DNA of 64,000 nt from sequence record MT446390.1; one strand, given 5' to 3'. A program made the translations under genes and the position numbers. Origin of the DNA: Escherichia phage TH12. Shown here piece after piece: positions 20,791-30,576 of this stretch. The notes below the pieces were generated by a model. The model saw only the letters and a list, made by a program, of their open reading frames with translations, was not told the DNA's origin and did no database searches. The first letter of the stretch is position 1. Each line of letters opens with the position of its first letter.

Positions 20791-21539
20791 TTTTTATGGT
20801 CCTTTTCTACTAATGTTAAAGCAATACCACGTTCAACAGGAATCATTTGCATAATAGAATCCAATGTGTATTGACTCTTTACTAGTGAATGGTTTATCTG
20901 ATAGAATGTAAAAATCTCATCAGGGTTAACTAACAATTTAAAAACCTCTAAGATATCAGTATATGTTTTAACATGACGTTCACAACAACCTAATCTAAGG
21001 GTCAAATTAATAGGATTCATAGAAGCAATAACCTTCTCGAGCGAGTCAATGTCTATTGCTTCTATTACTTGGATTTGGTTCTCTTCAGTCAAATCATTCC
21101 ATGGGTACCATTCATCATTATAATATATTTCTTTTATGTTTTCACTTATCATTAATGCCTTGTTGTCATAAAACTTTTCAGGGAAAGAAAAACGTATTTT
21201 TATACCAGCAACATCGAGTTCAGGTTCGACTAGTTCTTTTTGATATATCTCAAATGGTGCAGTTTTTTCTTTAGAGCATTTAGGGCAAGTGAAAATAACG
21301 GGAATTTTTGTTTTGCCTATAGAGCCTGCAAAAACTTGCAGGAATATAAATGGTTGCCATGTTTTAGGGTACTCGCCAAAATAATCATCAATCAGATCGG
21401 CAATTATTTCTTTTTGTTCTTGCGGCGAACGATGTTCGATATCATTTCTAACTAGTAAAAAGTCTCTATAATCCGCCACAGTGAACGGCTTAAAACGATG
21501 AACACCATCCGGTAATTTACAACGAATTATATTAGCCAT
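20787..21539 (-). CDS. 51: baseplate hub assembly catalyst
   Basis: 250 aa, synteny with T4 gp51. Confidence 0.88.
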   Translation of the reverse strand: MANIIRCKLPDGVHRFKPFTVADYRDFLLVRNDIEHRSPQEQKEIIADLIDDYFGEYPKTWQPFIFLQVFAGSIGKTKIPVIFTCPKCSKEKTAPFEIYQKELVEPELDVAGIKIRFSFPEKFYDNKALMISENIKEIYYNDEWYPWNDLTEENQIQVIEAIDIDSLEKVIASMNPINLTLRLGCCERHVKTYTDILEVFKLLVNPDEIFTFYQINHSLVKSQYTLDSIMQMIPVERGIALTLVEKDHKK

Positions 21540-21556
21540 AATTACTCCTTTTCTAT

Positions 21557-21568
21557 TATTTATAAATA
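21557..21568. promoter_or_regulatory. overlapping divergent late promoters (TATTTATAAATA)
   Basis: TATAAATA on plus at 21561-21568 (gene 26) and on minus at 21557-21564 (gene 51). Confidence 0.6.
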
Positions 21569-21586
21569 CACAATAAAGGAGTTAAC

Positions 21587-22213
21587 ATGTACAAATATAC
21601 GTTTACCGTACGTTTAGGCGATAAAGAAGTGAATTGTAGAGCCTTTACTTTAAAAGAATATTTAGGGCTCATAGGTGCTCGGGCTACTGGTACTATTGAA
21701 TCAGCAGTGAACAATATTATCACTAATTGCTCTAATGCTAAAAACTTGACTAAACAAGAAGCCGAGCTATTGTTGGTAAATCTGTGGGCACATTCATTAG
21801 GTGAAGTGAATCAAGAACACACCTGGAATTGTTCCTGTGGGCATTCATTTCAAGTCTATATGAATTTATTGCACACTCAATTAGATGAACAGGCCGATCC
21901 CTGGTATTCGTTCAGCGGTATTAAAATTAAGTTCCGTCAACCTAAATTATTTGATGATAAAAATATCGCATTAATGATTGCTTCATGTATTGAGGCCGTT
22001 TTTGTCAATGGTGAGTCCATCCCTGTTGAAGATTTAACTGAAGCAGAAATAAACGACCTTTACGGCCTTATAACAGAAGATGACATGATCAATATTAAAA
22101 ATCTTTTGGTATCGCCATCAATTTATCTGGCAACCCCTATTAAATGTCCCAAATGTGGGGCGTCACACGTTCACACAATACGAGGCCTCAAAGAATTCTT
22201 TGAGTTACTATAA
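21587..22213 (+). CDS. 26: baseplate hub subunit
   Basis: 208 aa, synteny with T4 gp26. Confidence 0.88.
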   Translation: MYKYTFTVRLGDKEVNCRAFTLKEYLGLIGARATGTIESAVNNIITNCSNAKNLTKQEAELLLVNLWAHSLGEVNQEHTWNCSCGHSFQVYMNLLHTQLDEQADPWYSFSGIKIKFRQPKLFDDKNIALMIASCIEAVFVNGESIPVEDLTEAEINDLYGLITEDDMINIKNLLVSPSIYLATPIKCPKCGASHVHTIRGLKEFFELL

Positions 22214-22611
22214 TGTCTAATATCAATAAACTTTATTCAGATATCGACCCAGAAATGCGTATGGATTGGAACAAGGACGTTGCTCGTTCTGTAGGACTTC
22301 GTTCTATTAAAAATAGTCTTCTCGGCATAGTGACAACTAGAAAAGGCTCACGCCCCTTCGACCCTGAATTTGGATGCGATTTGGTTGATGAACTTTTCGA
22401 GAATATGACACCACTTACAGCCGATACGATTGAGCGTAATATCCAGGCAGCTGTTCGTAACTATGAGCCACGCATCGACAAACTTTCTGTAAGTGTAACG
22501 CCAGTATATGACGACTATACGGTTATAGTAGAGATTAGATTTTCGGTCGTAGACAACCCTGACGATATTGAACAAATTAAACTTCAGTTAGCGTCAAGCA
22601 ATAGAGTGTAA
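22213..22611 (+). CDS. 25: baseplate wedge subunit
   Basis: 132 aa, near-identical to T4 gp25 as recalled. Confidence 0.93.
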   Translation: MSNINKLYSDIDPEMRMDWNKDVARSVGLRSIKNSLLGIVTTRKGSRPFDPEFGCDLVDELFENMTPLTADTIERNIQAAVRNYEPRIDKLSVSVTPVYDDYTVIVEIRFSVVDNPDDIEQIKLQLASSNRV

Positions 22612-22636
22612 TGCTTCAAGGCAACCTATGTATAAT
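22612..22636 (+). promoter_or_regulatory. T4 middle promoter (MotA box TGCTTCA plus -10 TATAAT)
   Basis: TGCTTCA 22612-22618, 12 nt spacer, TATAAT 22631-22636, upstream of uvsY. Confidence 0.6.
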
Positions 22637-22691
22637 GGTTTTAGGTCCTTCCGATACAGCCGGGAGATTATTAGTTAAAAGAGAGAACATT

Positions 22692-23105
22692 ATGAAGCTG
22701 GAAGATTTACAGGAAGAGTTAGACGCAGACTTAGCTATTGATACGACAAAGTTGCAATATGAGACGGCGAATAATGTTAAGTTATACAGCAAATGGCTAC
22801 GTAAGCACTCATTTATTCGTAAAGAAATGTTGCGTATAGAGACTCAGAAGAAAACTGCTCTAAAAGCAAGATTAGACTACTACTCGGGACGAGGTGACGG
22901 TGATGAATTCAGTATGGACCGATACGAGAAATCTGAAATGAAAACTGTCTTGGCTGCAGATAAAGACGTGCTTAAAATAGAGACTACTTTACAATACTGG
23001 GGAATTTTACTTGAGTTCTGTAGTGGTGCACTTGACGCAGTTAAGTCTCGTAGTTTTGCACTTAAACATATCCAGGATATGCGAGAATTTGAAGCGGGGC
23101 AATAA
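22692..23105 (+). CDS. uvsY: recombination mediator UvsY
   Basis: 137 aa from ATG at 22692, near-identical to T4 UvsY as recalled; the listed ORF start at 22611 is an upstream extension. Confidence 0.93.
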   Translation: MKLEDLQEELDADLAIDTTKLQYETANNVKLYSKWLRKHSFIRKEMLRIETQKKTALKARLDYYSGRGDGDEFSMDRYEKSEMKTVLAADKDVLKIETTLQYWGILLEFCSGALDAVKSRSFALKHIQDMREFEAGQ

Positions 23106-23329
23106 TGCGTTATTCAATTGAAGATGCCTTTAATAATGATGAAGAATTTGAAACAGAAATTAAATTCTTAATGGAAAAGTATCGTCTACGACGTCAGGAT
23201 ATTCGTATCCTGGCAGACCACCCTTGTGGTGAAGACGTCCTTTATATTAAAGGGAAGTTTGCTGGGTATATCGACGAGTATTTTTATACAAAAGATATGG
23301 GTATCGATATGTGCATGCGAGTGGTATAA
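23105..23329 (+). CDS. hypothetical protein (uvsY.-1-like, 74 aa)
   Basis: Start overlaps uvsY stop; syntenic. Confidence 0.6.
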   Translation: MRYSIEDAFNNDEEFETEIKFLMEKYRLRRQDIRILADHPCGEDVLYIKGKFAGYIDEYFYTKDMGIDMCMRVV

Positions 23330-23332
23330 ATA
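23325..23332 (+). promoter_or_regulatory. possible late promoter TATAAATA
   Basis: Exact TATAAATA 30 nt upstream of the 55-aa ORF. Confidence 0.4.
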
Positions 23333-23361
23333 GATATGTAATTTCAACTTAGGAGGCAATC

Positions 23362-23529
23362 ATGTCAGATAAGATTTGTGTTGTCTGTAAAACTCCAATC
23401 GATTCTGCATTGGTTGTTGAAACAGACAAAGGTCCAGCACATCCTGGTCCTTGTTATAATTATGTCCAACAATTGCCGGTTTCAGAAAGTTCAGAAGAGC
23501 AATTGAACGAAACCCAACTTTTACTATAG
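23362..23529 (+). CDS. small Cys-containing protein (uvsY.-2-like, 55 aa; not in supplied ORF list)
   Basis: AGGAGG RBS then ATG at 23362; CVVC...C pattern; preferred over the overlapping minus-strand 68-aa ORF. Confidence 0.55.
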   Translation: MSDKICVVCKTPIDSALVVETDKGPAHPGPCYNYVQQLPVSESSEEQLNETQLLL

Positions 23530-23555
23530 TGTTACCTTTTTTGCCTATGGTTTTT

Positions 23556-23585
23556 GGCCCTTCCAAAAAGGTCGGGCCTTTTTTT
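23556..23585. terminator. putative bidirectional terminator
   Basis: GGCCC...GGGCC stem flanked by T tracts on both sides, between convergent genes. Confidence 0.45.
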
Positions 23586-23587
23586 AA

Positions 23588-23821
23588 TTAGAAGTCTTCT
23601 TCCTCATCCTCATCATCGTCGCCTTCAAGTTCGGCGCGCTTACCTGCTAAGGCATCCCTGACAGAAATATCATCTGTATCTTTTAATTCCGTTTCTTTTA
23701 TACGTTTCTTATAATAAGCTTCCAATTCTTCAAGCCCTTCTAAGGTATGACAACTAGCAATTTTACCCATGAATTCGTCAATAGATGCTTCGTATAAAAA
23801 TTGTTTAAATTCAAGTACCAT
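23588..23821 (-). CDS. uvsW.1: UvsW.1 small acidic protein
   Basis: 77 aa with acidic C-terminus, directly downstream of uvsW as in T4. Confidence 0.8.
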   Translation of the reverse strand: MVLEFKQFLYEASIDEFMGKIASCHTLEGLEELEAYYKKRIKETELKDTDDISVRDALAGKRAELEGDDDEDEEEDF

Positions 23822-23831
23822 TTTTATCTCC

Positions 23832-23847
23832 TAAGGGCCGAAGCCCT
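23832..23847 (-). other. intercistronic UUCG tetraloop hairpin (GGGC-UUCG-GCCC on minus-strand RNA)
   Basis: AAGGGC-CGAA-GCCCTT on plus strand between uvsW stop and uvsW.1 start. Confidence 0.5.
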
Positions 23848-25361
23848 TATAAATTAATTGTTTTCATTACATAGTTAAATTTCTCATCAGCGTAACGCTG
23901 GATACGATCAATACCGTGTTTTAACAAGTAATTAAGATGAGTATACTTCTTTTTAGTATTTAATGATTTAGGTTTTACACCTGCGTCATCGATGAGATCC
24001 CAAACTGTAGCAACGGCTTTAGAACCATGCTTACGAAGCACACGACCTACTGTTTGAAGTACGATAATTTTTGATTTAACACCATGGGCAAAAATAACAT
24101 GATGAAGATTCTTGACTGAAATACCGGTAGAGAATACTCCATATGATGCGACAATAATAATGCCTTTACCATTTTCTGCCATGACTTTAAGCGCGTTACG
24201 TGTTTCAGTATCAACTTCACCTGATACGTAATAAACTTTTTCGTATCTAAGCTCTTTAATAGCTTCAAATATTTCTTTACCATGTGTAACATGTTTAAAC
24301 ATTACAAAGGCGTTCTCGTCTTTCTTAGCCAATTTGACCGAAAGTTGAGCAATCCACTTTGTACGACGTTTTAGTCCAGTAATAATTTTAACTTCTTCTT
24401 GGTATGTTTTACCTTTTAATTTAACGGTGAATTCGTCCGGATAACGAAGGAAAATACTATTAATCTTAAGCTCAGTTACTTGACCGTCTTCCATTAATTT
24501 AGACGTGCTAACAGGACGGAAGATTTCACCGAACATTCCTACGTACTGCATTACATTGGCTTTTCCGTCTCTTAATGAGCCGGATAAACCGAATTTAAAC
24601 ATGCAATTATTTAATCCTGAGATGATTGAAGAAATACTTTTACCTGTTGCTAAGTGGCATTCATCGTTCATCATCATACCGAACTGAGAGAACCATTCTT
24701 TAGGCTGCTTAACTACCGTTTGCCATGTGCCAACAATAATTGGAGCGTCGTTTTTAGATTTGTCTGCTTTATCAGCACCACCGCCAATTTTCTTAATCAT
24801 CGAATGACTAAACAAGCGATAATCAACAAAATCATTAGCCATCTGGGTTGTCAATGCTGTTGTAGGGACGATAATGAGAATTTTACCTTCATAGTTCTCT
24901 AGATAATATCGAGCTAAAAGTGCTTGGATTAGTGATTTACCTGCTGATGTCGGAAGGTTTAAAATTCGACGACGATTAACTAGTCCTTCATATACTGCAT
25001 CTTTTTGATACCAATGTGGTTCGATTTTGGTGTTGCCCGAATAAATTTCTTGTTTAGAAAGCCATGCGTCAAAATCTTCCCTGGTAAGGTCTTCAGTCTC
25101 AAAGATTTTAGGGTCAATCCATACAGAATAACTCATATTGTTACAGAACTTTTTTATTTGACCTACAAGTCCATATGGTAACAAACGATTGTAATCTAAA
25201 AGTCTAATTCTACCATCCCATTGCCCATAGCGATATTTTGGGTTAAATTTATACCCGTCAGCTTCAAAGCTAAAAAAGTCACGAAGTTCGTAAAACGTAC
25301 TTTCGTCGCATTCAATGCGAACGTGACTAAAATCATGAAAATGTACTTTAATGTCAGTCAT
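23847..25361 (-). CDS. uvsW: UvsW DNA/RNA helicase (SF2)
   Basis: Walker A LPTSAGKS, DECH box; near full-length resemblance to T4 UvsW. Confidence 0.95.
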   Translation of the reverse strand: MTDIKVHFHDFSHVRIECDESTFYELRDFFSFEADGYKFNPKYRYGQWDGRIRLLDYNRLLPYGLVGQIKKFCNNMSYSVWIDPKIFETEDLTREDFDAWLSKQEIYSGNTKIEPHWYQKDAVYEGLVNRRRILNLPTSAGKSLIQALLARYYLENYEGKILIIVPTTALTTQMANDFVDYRLFSHSMIKKIGGGADKADKSKNDAPIIVGTWQTVVKQPKEWFSQFGMMMNDECHLATGKSISSIISGLNNCMFKFGLSGSLRDGKANVMQYVGMFGEIFRPVSTSKLMEDGQVTELKINSIFLRYPDEFTVKLKGKTYQEEVKIITGLKRRTKWIAQLSVKLAKKDENAFVMFKHVTHGKEIFEAIKELRYEKVYYVSGEVDTETRNALKVMAENGKGIIIVASYGVFSTGISVKNLHHVIFAHGVKSKIIVLQTVGRVLRKHGSKAVATVWDLIDDAGVKPKSLNTKKKYTHLNYLLKHGIDRIQRYADEKFNYVMKTINL

Positions 25362-25390
25362 GTCAAATTACCATGTAATAAATATAGTTA

Positions 25391-25398
25391 TATTTATA
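25391..25398 (-). promoter_or_regulatory. possible late promoter (TATAAATA on minus strand)
   Basis: TATTTATA on plus strand 30 nt upstream of uvsW start. Confidence 0.4.
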
Positions 25399-25411
25399 AT
25401 GAGGAAATACT

Positions 25412-26080
25412 ATGATCGATAAAGACTATATTGAAGAGTTACGTGCTCTTTCTGATAAAAAGGAAGCCAAAGCTAAACTGTTTGAATATGCGGAACAATT
25501 TGGCATTAGTGTTAAGAAAACAAAATCATTCGATAATATTGTTATTGATATCGAAGAAGCTCTTAACGCACTGGCTGATGAACCGTTACCTGAAACTGAT
25601 GGATTATCTATCACCGATTTAATTACTGCCGCAGATGATGTGGACGGTGTTAATTTCACCAACGAAGAGGTTAAAGAAGAAGCTATTCTGTTGTTTGATT
25701 CTCCAACAGAACAAGTTGAAGTATTAGAAGTTGTCGAACAAGAAAAAGAATTCGATCATGATAAATTCGAAGAAGCAATTACTCAGGTTGTTGAATCTGA
25801 AAAAGAGCCTGAGTCAGAGGTAAATAAAGAAGTAAAATTTGTTCTGCCTGAAAATTTTAGTCCTACACTCATTAAATTAGGCAAAGGCCCAGGGTATGTT
25901 ACTGTTCCTTGGTGGATTTATCAATGGATAGCCGAAACCCCAGATTGGAAATCTCGCCCAACTAGTTTTGTACATGCTTCTGCTCACCAAACATTATTTA
26001 GCTTAATTTATTATATTAATCGCGAGGGATCAGTTCTAATTCGTGAAACTCGTAATTCTTCTTTCATAACATTAAAATAA
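25412..26080 (+). CDS. inh: Inh-like protein (inhibitor of prohead protease)
   Basis: 222 aa, position between uvsW and hoc as in T4; identity not verified. Confidence 0.6.
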   Translation: MIDKDYIEELRALSDKKEAKAKLFEYAEQFGISVKKTKSFDNIVIDIEEALNALADEPLPETDGLSITDLITAADDVDGVNFTNEEVKEEAILLFDSPTEQVEVLEVVEQEKEFDHDKFEEAITQVVESEKEPESEVNKEVKFVLPENFSPTLIKLGKGPGYVTVPWWIYQWIAETPDWKSRPTSFVHASAHQTLFSLIYYINREGSVLIRETRNSSFITLK

Positions 26081-26089
26081 GGATAACTT

Positions 26090-27220
26090 ATGGCTTTTAC
26101 AGTTAATATAACTCCTAAAACACCTACTGGAGTTATAGGACAGACTCAGCAGTTTACTGCCACACCTAGTGGTCAGGCTGAAGGTGGAACTATTACATAT
26201 GCTTGGACTGTGGATGGTGTTCCACAAGATGGAGCTGAAGCAACTTTTAGTTATGTACTAAAAGGACCTGCCGGTCAAAAGACTATTAAAGTAGTTGCAA
26301 CAAATACAGTTCCAGAAGCTGAAGTTGAAACAGCAGAAACTACTGCAACTATCACAGTTAAAAATAAAACTCAGACAACTACTCTGGCTATAACTCCTGA
26401 TAGCCCTGCTGCTGGAGTAATCGGAACAGCTGTTAAATTTACTGCGGCTTTAGCTTCTCAACCGTCAGGCGCATCTGCTACGTATCAATGGCACGTTGAC
26501 GGTTCTCCTGTGAGCGAAGCAACTTCTGCTACATTCAATTACACTCCTACCACAAGCGGAGTTAAAACAATTAAGTGTGTGGCTCAAGTATCCGCGACAG
26601 ATTATGATGCAAAGGAAGTTACTTCTAATGAAGTATCATTAACGGTTAATAAGAAGACAATGAATCCACAGGTTACATTGACTCCTCCTTCTATTAACGT
26701 TCAGCAAGATGCTTCAGCTACATTTACCGCTAATGTCACTGATGCTCCAGAAGAAGCGCAAATTGAATATTCATGGAAGAAAGATTCTTCTCCTGTAGAA
26801 GGGTCAACTAATGTATATACCGTTGATACTTCATCTGTTGGAAGTCAAACTATTGAAGTGACTGCCATCGTTACTGCAGATGACTATGATAGCAAAACTA
26901 TTACAGCAGAAGGTCAAGTTCAAGTGACTGATAAAGTTGCTCCGGAACCAGAAGGTGAATTACCTTATGTTCATCCTCTTCCACATCGTACTTCAGCTTA
27001 CATCTGGTGCGGTTGGTGGGTTATGGATGAAATCCAAAAAATGACTGAAGAAGGTAAAGATTGGAAAACTGAAGATCCAGATAGTAAATACTACCTGCAT
27101 CGTTACACTCTTCAGAAGATGATGGAAGACTATCCAGAAGTTGATGTTCAAGAATCACGTAATGGATACGTCATCCATAAAACTGCTTTGGAAACTGGTA
27201 TCATCTATACATATCCATAA
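26090..27220 (+). CDS. hoc: Hoc highly immunogenic outer capsid protein (Ig-like repeats)
   Basis: 376 aa, near-identical to T4 Hoc as recalled; repeated Ig-like segments. Confidence 0.93.
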   Translation: MAFTVNITPKTPTGVIGQTQQFTATPSGQAEGGTITYAWTVDGVPQDGAEATFSYVLKGPAGQKTIKVVATNTVPEAEVETAETTATITVKNKTQTTTLAITPDSPAAGVIGTAVKFTAALASQPSGASATYQWHVDGSPVSEATSATFNYTPTTSGVKTIKCVAQVSATDYDAKEVTSNEVSLTVNKKTMNPQVTLTPPSINVQQDASATFTANVTDAPEEAQIEYSWKKDSSPVEGSTNVYTVDTSSVGSQTIEVTAIVTADDYDSKTITAEGQVQVTDKVAPEPEGELPYVHPLPHRTSAYIWCGWWVMDEIQKMTEEGKDWKTEDPDSKYYLHRYTLQKMMEDYPEVDVQESRNGYVIHKTALETGIIYTYP

Positions 27221-27226
27221 TCGTAA

Positions 27227-27253
27227 GGGGCCTAAGCCCCTTTCTTCGTTTTT
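27227..27253 (+). terminator. rho-independent terminator GGGGC-CUAA-GCCCC plus U-rich tract
   Basis: 5 bp GC stem followed by TTTCTTCGTTTTT after hoc. Confidence 0.6.
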
Positions 27254-27321
27254 AAAGCATACAAAACACAACTTGAGATTGATGTATATAATGGCACAAA
27301 CCAAATAATACGGGATTGATT

Positions 27322-27516
27322 ATGAGAGCTGAAGTTGAAGTTTATACATTACATGAGGCGGGATTTTCATTCGTAGAAATTGCTCAAAAAATTGGTTTAC
27401 AACCTAAAGAAGTTGGATTACTATGGACTAAAGCCGAGACAGCTCGGTCAAAGTTTAAAGCAAAAGAAAAAGTTGTATACCGTAAACGTTTGATTAACAA
27501 AAAGGTGAAGAAATGA
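27322..27516 (+). CDS. hypothetical protein (64 aa)
   Basis: ATG at 27322 (listed start 27316 is TTG); basic C-terminus. Confidence 0.45.
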   Translation: MRAEVEVYTLHEAGFSFVEIAQKIGLQPKEVGLLWTKAETARSKFKAKEKVVYRKRLINKKVKK

Positions 27517-27764
27517 GTTTTGCACAGGAATTAAGAGAAAGGGCACTGGCCACTAAAGCTAATTTGTTGAGTGATTTTATTACTAACTTCTCTGTGATGG
27601 CAGAGAAAGCCGCTGATAAAGGCCAGACACAATTCACGTACTACCCGTCAAAGAACGATTTAACTATAACTGAACAAGTCGGTCAATGGCTTCGTGATAA
27701 CGGCTTTCAGTATAAAATTAATCACGACCAACGTGATGGGCACTGGATAGAAATCAAGTTCTAA
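27513..27764 (+). CDS. hypothetical protein (83 aa)
   Basis: Start overlaps previous stop. Confidence 0.5.
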   Translation: MSFAQELRERALATKANLLSDFITNFSVMAEKAADKGQTQFTYYPSKNDLTITEQVGQWLRDNGFQYKINHDQRDGHWIEIKF

Positions 27765-27766
27765 TA

Positions 27767-27792
27767 TGCTTTACATTTTTTGATGGTATAAT
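27767..27792 (+). promoter_or_regulatory. T4 middle promoter (MotA box TGCTTTA plus -10 TATAAT)
   Basis: TGCTTTA 27767-27773, 13 nt spacer, TATAAT 27787-27792, upstream of rnlB. Confidence 0.55.
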
Positions 27793-27883
27793 GAATCTAG
27801 GTTCTATCCATTCAAATTAAACATCCGGCCAGAGACAGAGTCTCTGCTAATTATTTTGATATTATTATTTATAATGGTGATTT

Positions 27884-28891
27884 ATGTTTAAGAAATACAG
27901 CAGTCTTGAAAACCACTACAACTCTAAGTTTATTGAAAAACTCTACACTAATGGTTTGACTACTGGTGTTTGGGTAGCACGTGAGAAAATCCATGGGACT
28001 AACTTCTCGTTAATAATTGAAAGTGACAACGTCACATGCGCCAAGCGCACAGGCCCTATTCTTCCAGCAGAAGATTTTTATGGTTATGAAATCGTACTCA
28101 AGAAGTATGATAAAGCTATTAAAGCCGTTCAAGAAGTCATGGACAGTATTTCAACTTCAGTGCCGGTGTCATATCAAGTCTTTGGTGAATTCGCTGGTGG
28201 TGGAATCCAGAAAGGTGTTGACTATGGTGAAAAAGATTTCTATGTATTCGATATCATCATAAACACAGAAAGTGCTGATACTTATTACATGAGTGATTAC
28301 GAAATGCAAGATTTCTGTAATGAATTCGGTTTTAAAATGGCACCAATGCTTGGTCGTGGAACATTTGATTCTCTTATCATGATTCCAAATGACCTTGATT
28401 CCGTCTTAGCCGCTTATAACACTACGGCATCGGAAGACCTTGTCGAAGCAAATAATTGTGTATTTGATGCTAATGTTATTGGTGATAATACTGCAGAAGG
28501 TTATGTTCTGAAGCCTTGTTTCCCTAAATGGCTGCCAAACGGTACTCGTGTAGCGATTAAGTGCAAGAACTCTAAATTCAGTGAAAAGAAAAAGTCTGAT
28601 AAGCCTATTAAAACTCAGGTTCCATTAACCGAAATTGACAAAAACTTGCTTGATGTTCTAGCTTGTTATGTTACATTAAATCGTGTTAACAATGTGATTT
28701 CTAAGATTGGGGCTGTAACGCCAAAAGATTTTGGCAAAGTGATGGGACTAACTGTTCAAGATATTTTGGAAGAAACTTCTCGTGAAGGTATTGTATTAAC
28801 ATCATCTGATAATCCGAATCTTGTTAAGAAAGAATTAGTCCGAATGGTGCAAGATGTTCTGCGTCCTGCATGGATTGAATTAATATCATAA
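27884..28891 (+). CDS. rnlB: RNA ligase 2
   Basis: Nucleotidyltransferase motif KIHGTN; near full-length resemblance to T4 Rnl2. Confidence 0.93.
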   Translation: MFKKYSSLENHYNSKFIEKLYTNGLTTGVWVAREKIHGTNFSLIIESDNVTCAKRTGPILPAEDFYGYEIVLKKYDKAIKAVQEVMDSISTSVPVSYQVFGEFAGGGIQKGVDYGEKDFYVFDIIINTESADTYYMSDYEMQDFCNEFGFKMAPMLGRGTFDSLIMIPNDLDSVLAAYNTTASEDLVEANNCVFDANVIGDNTAEGYVLKPCFPKWLPNGTRVAIKCKNSKFSEKKKSDKPIKTQVPLTEIDKNLLDVLACYVTLNRVNNVISKIGAVTPKDFGKVMGLTVQDILEETSREGIVLTSSDNPNLVKKELVRMVQDVLRPAWIELIS

Positions 28892-28894
28892 CGA

Positions 28895-28920
28895 AAAAGG
28901 GACCTTACGGTCCCTTTTTC
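28895..28920. terminator. bidirectional terminator AAAAAGGGACC-UUAC-GGUCCCUUUUU
   Basis: Perfect 6 bp GC stem with A5 and T5 flanks between convergent rnlB and gene 24. Confidence 0.75.
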
Positions 28921-28922
28921 GT

Positions 28923-30206
28923 TTATTCATCTATAATAATTTTAGGCAATTTAACACCGAGTAAAACAGACAAGTCTGAACGTCCTGCCATTTTATCCAT
29001 GTCCCCGCCATCAATTATTCTCGCTTCTTTTTCGTCTTTTGCTACTGTGTAAGGATTTGCTGATAAAGCGTATCTAACTAATAAACCGATAGACGGTTGC
29101 AAGCTTTCCGGGTCAACTACAACTTTAAATGCACCAACATGTTCCGGGTCATCTAAGTCGAGACCTTCTGTATACGGAGCATAGAAAATTGATCCAACAA
29201 TTTCTTTTTCACCGATATTTTCTACTACGCCAACGATCACATAATCTAATGGACTGTTAGTATCGCAGTAAAGAGGTAATCCATTTGCCAAGAATCCATA
29301 AGCATTTTGTGAAAGATACTTATCATCTTCTGGTTTATGTTTTAACCAACCTGAAGCAGCAAGAATAGCAGCTGCACGAGCTGAAGCTACGCAAAACGTT
29401 GCAGTATAAGTTGACTCTTTTTGAATGTGTGATACCATTTCACACACCATTCGATATAACGAACGACCTGCTTCTGGAGCGGAAGCATAGCTCAAGTCAA
29501 TAAATCCAGTGTCAGTAATTCCAGTAACTTTATAACGTTTCGATACAGTAATTAAAGACTGAAGAATATCTTTATTAATTTCATCAGCCATTTCAGTAGC
29601 AAGCAAATCTTCTAAGAAGTTAGGGGCATCAAATCCATTCGCTTCTAAATCTTGCGCTAATTCAACCGTGAGGCCGGTTTTAAGTTTACGAGATTTGACT
29701 GAAGTTTGCCATTTATTAATCTGGAATCTTGCATCAGAAATTTCGCTACCGGAGCTTTCAAATTTGCTTGTCACCGCTGCATCTGAAAATAACCGTACCT
29801 TTAAATGAACGACCGCAATCTGAAGAGCTAATTCTAGATCACTTTCTTGAATATCTGCAAATGGTGTATCTTCTAGCACTTTATAGACGATATTATTATA
29901 TTTGAAAAAATCGCCTTTATTTAGTGTGACTTTTGATTCTTCTGTGAGCTCGGTAATTTTTTCTCGGTCTACATATCCAGCTTCACCTGCATAAGTAGCA
30001 CCAGTTTTAAACGTTAATTCGTTGTCTGGGTTAAGATATTTGATACCATAAAAAGCAGCAACAGGTTGATTAGTTCTTTGTGTTGCTACAATGTCAGAAT
30101 ATATTAATTTAGTCGTAGCGCGAGTCAAAGCAACGAGATTTGGGCGACCAATTGAGTTGCTAGTAGACGTTGTAGATTCACGCAATAATTTTTGGATTTT
30201 ACTCAT
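28923..30206 (-). CDS. 24: head vertex protein
   Basis: 427 aa, near-identical to T4 gp24 as recalled. Confidence 0.95.
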   Translation of the reverse strand: MSKIQKLLRESTTSTSNSIGRPNLVALTRATTKLIYSDIVATQRTNQPVAAFYGIKYLNPDNELTFKTGATYAGEAGYVDREKITELTEESKVTLNKGDFFKYNNIVYKVLEDTPFADIQESDLELALQIAVVHLKVRLFSDAAVTSKFESSGSEISDARFQINKWQTSVKSRKLKTGLTVELAQDLEANGFDAPNFLEDLLATEMADEINKDILQSLITVSKRYKVTGITDTGFIDLSYASAPEAGRSLYRMVCEMVSHIQKESTYTATFCVASARAAAILAASGWLKHKPEDDKYLSQNAYGFLANGLPLYCDTNSPLDYVIVGVVENIGEKEIVGSIFYAPYTEGLDLDDPEHVGAFKVVVDPESLQPSIGLLVRYALSANPYTVAKDEKEARIIDGGDMDKMAGRSDLSVLLGVKLPKIIIDE

Positions 30207-30232
30207 TGCATTTTTCCTTATGTGATATAGAT

Positions 30233-30240
30233 TATTTATA
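30233..30240 (-). promoter_or_regulatory. late promoter (TATAAATA on minus strand) for gene 24
   Basis: TATTTATA on plus strand 27 nt upstream of gene 24 start. Confidence 0.55.
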
Positions 30241-30246
30241 AAGATT

Positions 30247-30276
30247 GTTTACAACGTATTTGGTATGTGATACTAT
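30247..30276 (+). promoter_or_regulatory. T4-type early promoter
   Basis: GTTTAC 30247-30252, TACTAT 30271-30276, TATCAA, GAGGAG RBS. Confidence 0.55.
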
Positions 30277-30306
30277 AGACTTATCAACTACAGAGGAGTA
30301 AACAAA

Positions 30307-30576
30307 ATGACTAAAGCACGTTTCTTACGAGATACTTTAAAAGTTCTGGAAGCTGAAGCAGTTAAGTTAGTAGAAAAATATGGTGCAAAAGTTAATGGTA
30401 ATGCCTTCAACAAAGTATGGATGAAAGTTGATTCTGAAGCTCGAGCTAAAGGTTATTGGGCTACTGATAAACTTGCATCATTCAAAAACAAAGACGGTTC
30501 TCCAGCATATGTCCAAGAAGGTATGCCTAATTGGCAAAATATTTTGAAAACTTACATCGAAATTGCACAGAAATAA
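30307..30576 (+). CDS. hypothetical protein (89 aa) on opposite strand between head genes 24 and 23
   Basis: Own early promoter and RBS; occupies the slot where T4 carries segD, as recalled. Confidence 0.6.
   Translation: MTKARFLRDTLKVLEAEAVKLVEKYGAKVNGNAFNKVWMKVDSEARAKGYWATDKLASFKNKDGSPAYVQEGMPNWQNILKTYIEIAQK

Noticed and set aside
23360-23566. 68-aa minus-strand ORF in the uvsY-uvsW intergenic region
   Set aside because: The plus-strand 55-aa ORF (23362-23529) has an AGGAGG RBS and fits the operon direction; the minus ORF would run through the terminator region without an RBS.
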